From assembly GCA_016707705.1 (NCBI GenBank), contig JADJHD010000001.1, forward strand, positions 382,646 through 446,645: a stretch of DNA of 64,000 nt, in the 5' to 3' direction. The notes beneath the pieces are model-generated. The model did no database searches and was not told the origin of the DNA. It was given only the letters and a program-made list of their open reading frames with translations. Origin of the DNA: Bacteroidales bacterium (GTDB lineage Bacteria; Bacteroidota; Bacteroidia; Bacteroidales; UBA4417). This document shows, in pieces, positions 1 through 8,807 of this stretch (position 1 is the first letter of the stretch; each line of letters starts with the position of its first letter). The position numbers were made by a program, and so were the translations under genes.

Positions 1-1
1 A

Positions 2-2812
2 GCTGCTGTAATAAAACCGGCTGATGTTGCCGATCTGAAAGCACTTGTGAAGTTTGCAAGGGAAATGAAGATTCCTCTGATTCCAAGGACTGCTGGAACC
101 TCACTTGCCGGACAGGTGGTTGGAGAAGGATTGGTAATTGATTTATCCCGTAATTTTCAATCAATTCTTGAGATTAATTCTGAAGAACATTGGGTTAGAG
201 TTCAGCCCGGGGTTGTTCTGGATGAATTAAACAAGGTTCTTGAACCCTTGGGATTATTCTTTGGACCTGAAACCTCTACATCAAGCAGATGCATGATCGG
301 AGGCATGGTTGGTAATAATTCCTGCGGCTCACATTCATTGGTTTATGGAAGCACCAGAGATCATACTCTGGAAATAAAAGCCCTTTTAGGTGATGGTAGT
401 GAAGCACTTTTTGGTCCACTAACCAAGGAACAGTTTGAACAAAAGTGTCTTCTTGAAGGAAATGAAGGCTCGGTTTACAGAAATATCAAATCCATTCTTT
501 CAAACAGTAAAAATCAGGAGGAAATCCGGGCTCAATTCCCTGATCCCTCTATACATAGAAGGAATACCGGCTATGCCATTGACCTTCTATTGGAATCTGA
601 ACCATTTACTGAAGACAAGGAAGCTTTCAATTTCTGTAAACTTATTGCCGGTTCTGAAGGAACTTTATGCCTGATTACTGAAATCAAGCTTAATCTTGTC
701 CCATTACCACCTAAGAACAAAGCACTTATCTGCGTTCATTGCGATTCGCTGGAAAAGGCATTCAAGGGGAATCTGATTGCTCTGAAACATAATCCTGTTG
801 CCGTTGAATTAATGGATGACATAATTCTTCAGCAAACCAAATCAAATATTTCGCAAAGAAAGAACCGGTTCTTCCTTCAGGGAGATCCGGCAGCAATTCT
901 CATTATCGAACTTGCAGAAGAGAATAAGGAAGATATACTTTCAAAAGCCTCGGCAATTGAACGTGAGATGAGAGAGAAGGATTATGGGTATCATTTTCCT
1001 ATGGTTGAAGGTGCCGACATAGGCAAGGTATGGGCTTTGCGTAAGGCAGGACTTGGTTTACTCAGCAATGTTCCCGGAGATGCCAAGCCTGTAGCAGTGG
1101 TTGAAGATACAGCGGTTAATCCTGAAGTACTTCCTGAGTATATGGCTGAATTCAAGGCAATGCTTGATCAATACGGCCTTAGCTGCGTTTACCATGCCCA
1201 TATCTCAACTGGAGAACTGCATTTACGTCCGGTCCTCAATCTCAAGGATCTAAAAGATGTTGAACTCTTCCATACTGTAGCTCTTGAGACAGCTAAACTT
1301 GTTAAGAAATACAAGGGATCACTGAGTGGCGAGCATGGTGATGGAAGATTAAGAGGTGAGTTTATTCCATTGATGATTGGAGAGCAGAACTATCGTCTGC
1401 TAGAGGATATAAAATCTGTTTGGGACCCTGAGGGCATATTCAATCCCGGTAAGATCACCCAAACTCCGAAAATGAACAGCAGTCTGAGGTTCGAACCTGG
1501 TGCTGCCATTTCTGAGCCATCAACCATATTCGATTTCTCCTCAACACATGGTTTGCTTAAAGCTGTTGAGCAATGTAACGGATCAGCTGATTGCCGTAAG
1601 TCTTCGATTATGGGTGGGACAATGTGCCCAAGCTACATGGCTACCTTTGATGAGAAGAATACCACACGTGCCCGGGCAAATATTTTAAGGGAATACCTAA
1701 CCCGATCAAACCGCGACAATCGATTCGACCATAAGGAGATATACGAGGTAATGGACCTTTGCCTCTCATGCAAGGGATGCAAGAGCGAGTGCCCTTCAAA
1801 TGTAGACATGGCGCGCTACAAGGCAGAATTCCTGCAGCAATGGTACAAGTCGCACAGAATTCCACTCAGGACCCTGTTAATTGCCAATATAACAAAAATC
1901 AACCGATTGGGGATGATACTTCCCGGAGCGTATAATCTTGTTACCGGAAATGCAGTTACCGGGGGATTACTAAAGAAAGTTCTGGGTTTTGCTCCTCAAA
2001 GAAGTATTCCATCCTTGTACAAATCAACTCTGCGCAGCTGGCTGAAAAAGTATGCCAACAGCATTGAAGGAGAAAACAAAGGCAAGGTATACCTCTTCGT
2101 TGATGAATTTAGTGACTATAACGATGTTGAAATTGGAATCAAGGCAGTAAGGTTGCTAAATAAACTTGGATATACGGTCTTGTTTCCAAAGCATTCTGAA
2201 AGCGGAAGAACCTATCTTTCAAAAGGCCTGGTTGAAAAAGCAAAAATACTAGCCATTGAAAATGTTCAGATATTCTCCGGACTCGTTACCAATGATACGC
2301 CTATGATTGGTATTGAGCCCTCTGCAATTCTTTCATTCAGGGATGAATACCCAGACCTTGTTGGAGAAAAGCTGAAAGCTGAGGCTCTGGAATTAGGCAA
2401 GAACTGCCTGTTATTTGAAGAGTTCATTATGGCAGAAGCTGCAAAGGGTAAAATCAACAAAAGCCAGTTTACTCTAGCTGAATCTAAGATTATGTTGCAT
2501 GGTCATTGCCATCAAAAGTCTTTATCATCGACTGGTCCGACGAAAGAAATGCTTTCATTGCCGGCAAACTATAAAGTTGAAGAGATAAAATCAGGATGTT
2601 GTGGCATGGCTGGCTCTTTTGGTTATGAGAAGGAGCATTTTGATTTGTCACAGAAGGTGGGTGAAATGGTGCTTTTCCCTGCAGTAAGGGCTACTGAAAG
2701 CTCGGTTATTATTTCAGCACCAGGGACTTCCTGCCGTCATCAGATTAAGGATGGAACAGGAAGAAAAGCATATCATCCGATTGAAATCCTTCACGATGCT
2801 TTAATCAATTAA
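2..2812 (+). CDS. FAD-binding oxidase (GlcD/PCMH-type) fused to Fe-S/CCG cysteine-rich domains, YdiJ-like oxidoreductase; 5' end cut by the window edge
   Basis: ORF 47..2812, but the frame stays open back to nt 2. The upstream residues AAVIKPADVADLKALVKFAREMKIPLIPRTAGTSLAGQ are the start of an FAD-binding PCMH domain, so the true start lies upstream of the window. Ferredoxin-type motif CLSCKGCKSECP and C-terminal Cys clusters (HGHCHQK, SGCCGMAG). Confidence 0.85.
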   Translation, partial: AAVIKPADVADLKALVKFAREMKIPLIPRTAGTSLAGQVVGEGLVIDLSRNFQSILEINSEEHWVRVQPGVVLDELNKVLEPLGLFFGPETSTSSRCMIGGMVGNNSCGSHSLVYGSTRDHTLEIKALLGDGSEALFGPLTKEQFEQKCLLEGNEGSVYRNIKSILSNSKNQEEIRAQFPDPSIHRRNTGYAIDLLLESEPFTEDKEAFNFCKLIAGSEGTLCLITEIKLNLVPLPPKNKALICVHCDSLEKAFKGNLIALKHNPVAVELMDDIILQQTKSNISQRKNRFFLQGDPAAILIIELAEENKEDILSKASAIEREMREKDYGYHFPMVEGADIGKVWALRKAGLGLLSNVPGDAKPVAVVEDTAVNPEVLPEYMAEFKAMLDQYGLSCVYHAHISTGELHLRPVLNLKDLKDVELFHTVALETAKLVKKYKGSLSGEHGDGRLRGEFIPLMIGEQNYRLLEDIKSVWDPEGIFNPGKITQTPKMNSSLRFEPGAAISEPSTIFDFSSTHGLLKAVEQCNGSADCRKSSIMGGTMCPSYMATFDEKNTTRARANILREYLTRSNRDNRFDHKEIYEVMDLCLSCKGCKSECPSNVDMARYKAEFLQQWYKSHRIPLRTLLIANITKINRLGMILPGAYNLVTGNAVTGGLLKKVLGFAPQRSIPSLYKSTLRSWLKKYANSIEGENKGKVYLFVDEFSDYNDVEIGIKAVRLLNKLGYTVLFPKHSESGRTYLSKGLVEKAKILAIENVQIFSGLVTNDTPMIGIEPSAILSFRDEYPDLVGEKLKAEALELGKNCLLFEEFIMAEAAKGKINKSQFTLAESKIMLHGHCHQKSLSSTGPTKEMLSLPANYKVEEIKSGCCGMAGSFGYEKEHFDLSQKVGEMVLFPAVRATESSVIISAPGTSCRHQIKDGTGRKAYHPIEILHDALIN

Positions 2813-2848
2813 TTCTTTCAGTTTACATCCATTAAACTCATCAATCTA

Positions 2849-3376
2849 ATGCCAACAGCACATTTCCCTATTAATGTGTTAAAGTTCTGCCCGGAGTGTG
2901 GCTCAGAGAACTTCAACGCTGATTCAAGCAAGTCGATGAAGTGTGGAAGTTGCGGATTCCTGATATACTTTAATGTTGCAGCTGCTGTAGCGGCTCTCAT
3001 TTATGATGAAAACGACAATCTGCTTTTCACAATCAGAAAGCGTGACCCGGCAAAAGGGACCCTGGATCTTCCCGGAGGATTTGTAGATGCTGATGAAACA
3101 GCTGAAGGTGCTTTAAAAAGGGAGATTCTGGAAGAGCTGAATCTTGAAATCAGTGATTTGAAATATCTGGCAACCATTCCCAATATTTACCTCTATAGAG
3201 GAATTACTTACAGAACTCTCGACCTGTTCTTCAAATGCAGGGTAGCTGATATGTCAGTAATAAAGGCTAATGATGATGTGGAAGATTATTGCTTCCTGAA
3301 GCCAGAGGATGTAGATCCGGAGAAGGTTGGATTGCTTTCAATAAGGTCTGTGCTTGAAATGATCAGGAAAGGCTAA
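2849..3376 (+). CDS. NUDIX hydrolase with N-terminal zinc ribbon
   Basis: Nudix box GGFVDADETAEGALKREILEELNL. CPECGS...CGSCG zinc-ribbon pair at the N-terminus. Confidence 0.85.
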   Translation: MPTAHFPINVLKFCPECGSENFNADSSKSMKCGSCGFLIYFNVAAAVAALIYDENDNLLFTIRKRDPAKGTLDLPGGFVDADETAEGALKREILEELNLEISDLKYLATIPNIYLYRGITYRTLDLFFKCRVADMSVIKANDDVEDYCFLKPEDVDPEKVGLLSIRSVLEMIRKG

Positions 3377-3416
3377 ATTTTCAATACACTTTCCATTACT
3401 TACAAGAAATACCTTC

Positions 3417-5252
3417 TTATCTGTAAGGTATCACTTCAGGTTTTCCAATATCAAAATCTCTCAATTTGAAGTCAGTATTGCTGAAAGTATTGGGAACAAA
3501 GATATTTGTTCGCTGTCCCGGCAAAATTGGAAAATAGGAAAACGACAATTGAAAAGTGCTGGCGTTCAGATAATCATTTCGAATAAGGATACCAGCGCCG
3601 ATATGAAAATAGGGTGTTGAATTGAAATATGTGCCTTCACTCCCACCCAGAAACCCCACGGTCCCTGAAATGAAGGGTCCGATTCTGAAGCCCAGCAAGT
3701 TCCAGGGAGCATATGATTGAGACTGAAGTTTAACAATCAATTTCCTGTTCGCCCCGGGCAATACATCACTAAATCCTGAATGACCAATATCTGACTCAAA
3801 CTGTAGCATTTCATAGGATGCACGGTTAAAGCCATGAGTGTACACAATACTTGTGAATTGCCTGAATTTCCAACTTTTGTAAGTCAACAGATTTGTAAAA
3901 CCACTCATTGTGGCTGTAAAAGTTCCCTCCTCCCATTGATCTCCTCTTCGAAAAAAGCCCAATTCAAAAGTAGAGGAACCATATCCATACTTAAACATAT
4001 CTCCAAAGCCAATTGAAACACCTGAATATTGAGAATACAGTCCAGACCTGTTTCTGCCTCCAATAATCACGGAATAGACTCTGCCCACAGGAATATACTC
4101 AGTTACTCCATATTTAAACAAGAAACGATCCTGCACATATTTTCTTGAATTGAGGCCGATACTAAAAAGTAAATCTGTTTCCGACAAAAACATACCCGCA
4201 GTATCTGTAGATTCCGGGATCTTCTCAATATAACTCAATTTATTCCAGCGTCCAGCCAGAACCAGGTTGCTGATTCTTTCAATTTCCGAATTCCCTTTAA
4301 AAACCTGCCATGCACCCGCCATCCACAGTTCTGTAGTGTTGAATTTTCGGGGAAGATAAAAGGTCCGAATGCCCGGCACCACGACAGAATCCTTCAAATA
4401 CTGCTGTTCCACAAGGAACCCTCCAGCCCACCTTGCAAAGGGAGAATAGAATTTTCTTTCAACTGAAGCGAATTTTCTGAAGCTTTGATCAAAACCTCTT
4501 GAATAACCCAATCTGGAAGTGATATAGGTATTGTAGATGTTAGGAATCTCATATCCCAGACTACTGGCATTCTGGAAAGGGTTAACCTTCCAGTTGGTAG
4601 TTCCCTCAAATTGCTGGCCTGTACCCAGGAAATTCTGTTCCCGAAGTTTTATCATCAGGTGGTCAGAACCCAGGGAAGCATCCGGGACTATACTCCAGAC
4701 ATCCTGTTCTTCAATAAATACATCAACTGAATCATTCCCTGCAGTTTCAAAATGGAATGCAACCTCCCGAATAAATCGCTGACTTCTTAAAAGTCGTTCG
4801 GATTCAGCAACGAGCAATGAATCAAACCTTTCATTCCTGCTGAACAGAAGATAGTTCTTTATAGCAATGGGGATGGATTTAACGTGAAGATTGTTGGCTG
4901 CTGACCTGATGAAATTCTTTGACTGAGCAACACTGTCCTCAATATCTGTTGTGAATGGGTCTCTTGTCTGGATTGCTATTTTCCTGATTATCCTGCCTTC
5001 AAATTCAGCGTAATTTGATGGCTTCGGGCTGTATTCAGATGTCTTTGGTTTGGATGCTAATTCAGTAGGCAATGGATTGAAAACCAATGGATAGATTAAC
5101 CTGGTAAACTTCCGCTTATTGGAAATCTCTTCAATTCTCGAATAGAATCTGACTGAATCCTTGGTCTTTTCTCCAGCAATGTAAGATTGAGCAAAAGTGA
5201 AACTTTGCAATGCACTTACAAGCAGAAGGACCGATAAGATTCTGAGATTCAT
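3417..5252 (-). CDS. Omp85/BamA-like outer-membrane protein, last gene of adhesin locus A
   Basis: ORF 3417..5324. The likely start is the Met at 5252, which gives signal peptide MNLRILSVLLLVSALQSFTFAQS. NFLGTGQ motif and an aromatic-rich, alternating-hydrophobic C-terminal half typical of Omp85-type barrels. Family call is from pattern only. Confidence 0.55.
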   Translation of the reverse strand: MNLRILSVLLLVSALQSFTFAQSYIAGEKTKDSVRFYSRIEEISNKRKFTRLIYPLVFNPLPTELASKPKTSEYSPKPSNYAEFEGRIIRKIAIQTRDPFTTDIEDSVAQSKNFIRSAANNLHVKSIPIAIKNYLLFSRNERFDSLLVAESERLLRSQRFIREVAFHFETAGNDSVDVFIEEQDVWSIVPDASLGSDHLMIKLREQNFLGTGQQFEGTTNWKVNPFQNASSLGYEIPNIYNTYITSRLGYSRGFDQSFRKFASVERKFYSPFARWAGGFLVEQQYLKDSVVVPGIRTFYLPRKFNTTELWMAGAWQVFKGNSEIERISNLVLAGRWNKLSYIEKIPESTDTAGMFLSETDLLFSIGLNSRKYVQDRFLFKYGVTEYIPVGRVYSVIIGGRNRSGLYSQYSGVSIGFGDMFKYGYGSSTFELGFFRRGDQWEEGTFTATMSGFTNLLTYKSWKFRQFTSIVYTHGFNRASYEMLQFESDIGHSGFSDVLPGANRKLIVKLQSQSYAPWNLLGFRIGPFISGTVGFLGGSEGTYFNSTPYFHIGAGILIRNDYLNASTFQLSFSYFPILPGQRTNIFVPNTFSNTDFKLRDFDIGKPEVIPYR

Positions 5253-5416
5253 AGAGTAATGGAAAAAGCTGGCAGTTAAGTTTTCAACTGCAAAATTACT
5301 CTTTTGAACCATCAATGGCTTCAAAGACTTCTTAACTCAGAAATGAAGTTGAGAACTTTACTATTCGCCATTAAAGGCAAATATTAAGAGTGTTACTTTA
5401 GAGAAATTATATCTGC

Positions 5417-6409
5417 TTAGAAACTGGGACATTTAAGTTCCCTGATATGGAAATTCTTGCGGGGAGCATTGAACAGCCAGGCTACTGAAACCTCATGGGC
5501 TCCTCCTGAATGAATTCCCAGTCTTGAAAGAGTATAATCGAAACTATAGCCTAATTTATATTGCTTTTGCTGGAAGCCAAGTAAAACGATAAGAGCATCA
5601 GCACTTTCAAAATTATTGCGGAACCATAAGCCACCAACGAACGGGAACATATTGATTGACATTCCCAGATTCAACTGATGGAATTTCCCCTGTTGCTGAT
5701 AAACTACATTTGGTGACAGGGAAAAGTTGCGCAAATCTTCACCATCCATTCCTTGCACAAAGTCAAAAATTGCACCGGCATGAAGGGTTAAACGCATTGG
5801 CAAGCGGCTTGATGGATCATCATAGAAGGACATAATCGGTTTGTTCAAATGATCTACAGCCAGTCCGAAATAAACACTTTCCTTATATCCGCCAAGCAAG
5901 CCAAAGGATAAATCAACATCACCAATGTTTGGAGTTATGGGACGAGCTTCTGCTGTGATATCAAGTACACCGGTATGGACATTAATCTGATCACCGAATA
6001 CAAGTTTGTCCCAATCTAGTCGGTATTGTGTATATCCGGCCTTTATTGCAGCATTTATAACAACAGTTTTGGAGGCTTGCAACCTATAGGAATAAATTCC
6101 AGCACCGCTAAAACAATCATAAATCCCCCCTCCTGCTACACTTGAATTAGCTATGAATCCAATTCCACCTCTAAGGGCTTCAATATGATCATCATATGTA
6201 GCGCTATAAGTTACATATCCATTGCTGATACCTGGCCATTGGTTCCTGAAATTCAGGGTAAGTCTTGGACACAACTTAGCACCTGCCAGTGCAGGATTCA
6301 GATATAATGGATTTGCATAGAACTGGGAAAAGACCACATCCTGACCACGAAGGCTTGTGTTTACAAGTATCAGCAGTGAAACAAGAATGACGAGTAGTCT
6401 GGATTGCAT
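5417..6409 (-). CDS. PorP/SprF-family type IX secretion system membrane protein
   Basis: 330 aa. Signal peptide followed by the family-defining N-terminus QDVVFSQFYANPLYLNPALAG. Located downstream of a type-B-CTD cargo gene, as sprF follows sprB. Confidence 0.9.
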   Translation of the reverse strand: MQSRLLVILVSLLILVNTSLRGQDVVFSQFYANPLYLNPALAGAKLCPRLTLNFRNQWPGISNGYVTYSATYDDHIEALRGGIGFIANSSVAGGGIYDCFSGAGIYSYRLQASKTVVINAAIKAGYTQYRLDWDKLVFGDQINVHTGVLDITAEARPITPNIGDVDLSFGLLGGYKESVYFGLAVDHLNKPIMSFYDDPSSRLPMRLTLHAGAIFDFVQGMDGEDLRNFSLSPNVVYQQQGKFHQLNLGMSINMFPFVGGLWFRNNFESADALIVLLGFQQKQYKLGYSFDYTLSRLGIHSGGAHEVSVAWLFNAPRKNFHIRELKCPSF

Positions 6410-6984
6410 TTTTAGTAGAATAAAAGAAAAGGTAACTAAGGTCTTGGATAGAGCCTGCTGATATTAACCTTCTTCACGAAACAATCCCGGCTGAACTACG
6501 ATGAAAAGAACAAAGAGCGGTGTGGTTCAGATTATCTTCAAGCATTATCCTGTTTTTCCAAAAAGGTCATACGGTTTTATGAACTTTTCTTCTAATATAA
6601 TTGCAATCCGCATGCCAATATATATATATAACTGATAATCATATTATTACAACACTTTTCCCAATACAATAAAAAGAGTTTTGTTCACAAATAGAACAGT
6701 TGTTTCTTTTCGGAATAGGAAAAAGATGATTAAATGATTAATCGCCGGAGAATTAAGATTCAGAATCTGGAAATGAAAGTATCCATTAATAAGTGGAAAT
6801 GAATAAGATAGAATTCAAGAAATTTACAGTCTGGCTCTATTGAATCCCAATGAAATTCGCTGAAAGACTGTTTGTCAGGAAAGCAATTTTGGGAACTGGT
6901 TATCATGAAAATTGCTGATCCGGGCTCAGGAAATAATCACTGAACCAACAGAACAGAAAGCACTTATACATTTGATAACAGGCT

Positions 6985-8586
6985 TTATCGCAGCAGCATC
7001 ACTACTCCCCTGATTGGGGATTCCTGCAGAATCTGAATGTAGCCAGGGACCTTGAAGTATACTACCCAGGTGTACAAATCTGATTGGCAAGGTTGTCCCT
7101 TATAGGTTCCATCCCATCCGTTGTTGATATTGTCAGATTCAAATATCAGCTCACCCCACTTATTGTATACCAGCATCTTATATTCAAATGGAATATCCAG
7201 ATTTGTGTATGCCATAAAATCGTCATTCAATCCATCAGCATTTGGAGAGAAACCGGTCGGAACTTCAATTCTTGCCAATTGCCTGCTTCCAACGCTAACC
7301 AAAACAGTGTCATTGGCAAGGCAGCCATTCCTGTCAAGTACCTTGATTATATAATCTCCCTGATCAGTTTCACCCACATGCTCAACCTTGTAGCTAAATC
7401 CGCTGGCAGTATTATCAGAAGGTGTAATCCACTGATAGGTCATTGGATTCCCTGTCCAAACCATTGCCATCAATTCAAGAGGATCTCCAAAGTCAAGAGT
7501 CTTATTTCCGATAATTTCAACTACTGCCGGCACAATTATTTTGGCATTTCCTGAATTGAACTGTACCGGAATCTCCTGATTGTAAACATTGTAGAATACA
7601 TTCATTCCTGCTGAATCATTAAATATGAGACCCGATTTACCTTGAGCAAGAGTCTTGAAAATCAGCTCAATAACCTGACCACTATCAGCAATTGTAACAG
7701 GCGTTGCATCATGCCAAAGAATACTGATCTCTCCCTGTATTGAATCATGATAAATTTCAACTCCTGAATAGATTGAAGGATCAACATTCCTGAATCCGGT
7801 GCAATGGAGTAAGGATGTATTATATCCCATATTCATTTTAAATGAAGCAATATCCTTAAATCCAAACACGTAAATAGGTATCGACAAATGATCTCCCAAA
7901 CATGCAGAGGTATCACCGGTAAGGATTTTACCTGCATCCGGGACGTTGATGCTTACATTTGCGGTACAGCCATTCGTATCTGAAACGTAGAACGTCTGAT
8001 AGCCAGGACTTACAAAATACTCCCCTATTCCCTTATAAGGTTCTGTGCCACCTGTAGCTGTAACCATCACTGTTGCAGAGCCACCCATGCTCATTATTGG
8101 ATTAATTATCTCAGCTTCCGCAACAAGTAATTGAGGTTGTGATATTACAATGAGAGTGTCAAATGTGCAACCGATTGCATCAGTTATACTTAAGGTAAGT
8201 GCACCTGCTGATAATCCAAGCAGTTGATTACCCAGCATGCCATTGCTCCATGAAAGCGTGTAGGGAGAAATTCCACCAGAAACAGTAACATCAATTGAGC
8301 CATTTGATGCTCCGAAGCAGCTGACTGGAACCATTGTAACCTGAACGGCAATAGAAGAATCTGGCTCGCTGATCTGCAGGGAATCAATAAGCTGACATCC
8401 ATTGGCATCCAAAACAACTACAGTATAAACTCCAGCAGGGAGGTTTAATGCTTTTGCATTGGTTTGATGAAGGGTATCGTTCCACGAATATGAGTATGGT
8501 GCCGTGCCTTGAGCAACTGTAAATTCTGCCCATCCATTATTTCCGCCATGGCAACTTACATCACCATACTGGTTTCCTGAAATCAC
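6985..8586 (-). CDS. C-terminal fragment of a frameshifted giant adhesin: SprB-type repeats, cohesin-like module, T9SS type B (CHU_C / gliding-motility-associated) C-terminal sorting domain
   Basis: SprB-repeat signatures (CHGGNNGWAEFTVAQGTAPYSYSWND; CFGASNGSIDVTVSGGISPYTLSWSNG). Type B CTD at aa 441-533, nt 6988-7266 (VPTGFSPNADGLNDDF...YNKWGELIFES...GWDGTYKGQPCQSDLYTWVVYF). The frame is open upstream of the annotated start (VIVVIPVPVISGNQ) and continues the 8598..8807 fragment after a frameshift. Confidence 0.9.
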   Translation of the reverse strand: MISGNQYGDVSCHGGNNGWAEFTVAQGTAPYSYSWNDTLHQTNAKALNLPAGVYTVVVLDANGCQLIDSLQISEPDSSIAVQVTMVPVSCFGASNGSIDVTVSGGISPYTLSWSNGMLGNQLLGLSAGALTLSITDAIGCTFDTLIVISQPQLLVAEAEIINPIMSMGGSATVMVTATGGTEPYKGIGEYFVSPGYQTFYVSDTNGCTANVSINVPDAGKILTGDTSACLGDHLSIPIYVFGFKDIASFKMNMGYNTSLLHCTGFRNVDPSIYSGVEIYHDSIQGEISILWHDATPVTIADSGQVIELIFKTLAQGKSGLIFNDSAGMNVFYNVYNQEIPVQFNSGNAKIIVPAVVEIIGNKTLDFGDPLELMAMVWTGNPMTYQWITPSDNTASGFSYKVEHVGETDQGDYIIKVLDRNGCLANDTVLVSVGSRQLARIEVPTGFSPNADGLNDDFMAYTNLDIPFEYKMLVYNKWGELIFESDNINNGWDGTYKGQPCQSDLYTWVVYFKVPGYIQILQESPIRGVVMLLR

Positions 8587-8597
8587 AGGAACAGGGA

Positions 8598-8807
8598 TTA
8601 CAACAATAACTGAGGATTCTGTTGGAATTTAGTCTCACAATAATCATTCTTTACTGATACAGAATAGTTTCCTGGTGCCAGATTCAGGAATACTGAATCA
8701 TTGCTCCAGCTAACACCATTATCAATACTGTACAGGAGGTTACCTGTACCTGAAGCAGAAATGGTTATAGTTCCGTTTGAGAGACCGCAGGTTGCACCGG
8801 AGGGCAC
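8598..8807 (-). CDS. Middle fragment (repeat unit 11) of the same adhesin
   Basis: PSGATCGLSNGTITISASGTGNLLYSIDNGVSWSNDSVFLNLAPGNYSVSVKNDYCE is one more copy of the 78-aa repeat. The frame is open upstream to about 8880 (…YPNNPVIISDNPGVHVASVV). Confidence 0.8.
   Translation of the reverse strand: MPSGATCGLSNGTITISASGTGNLLYSIDNGVSWSNDSVFLNLAPGNYSVSVKNDYCETKFQQNPQLLL

Noticed and set aside
435-2460. Nested ORFs 435..674, 1500..1688, 1641..1865 and 2266..2460 inside the FAD/Fe-S oxidoreductase. Similar nested ORFs occur inside other housekeeping genes (e.g. 23142..23501, 33355..33675, 56094..56510, 59857..60147).
   Set aside because: They are alternative-frame or antisense ORFs fully contained in well-supported genes.
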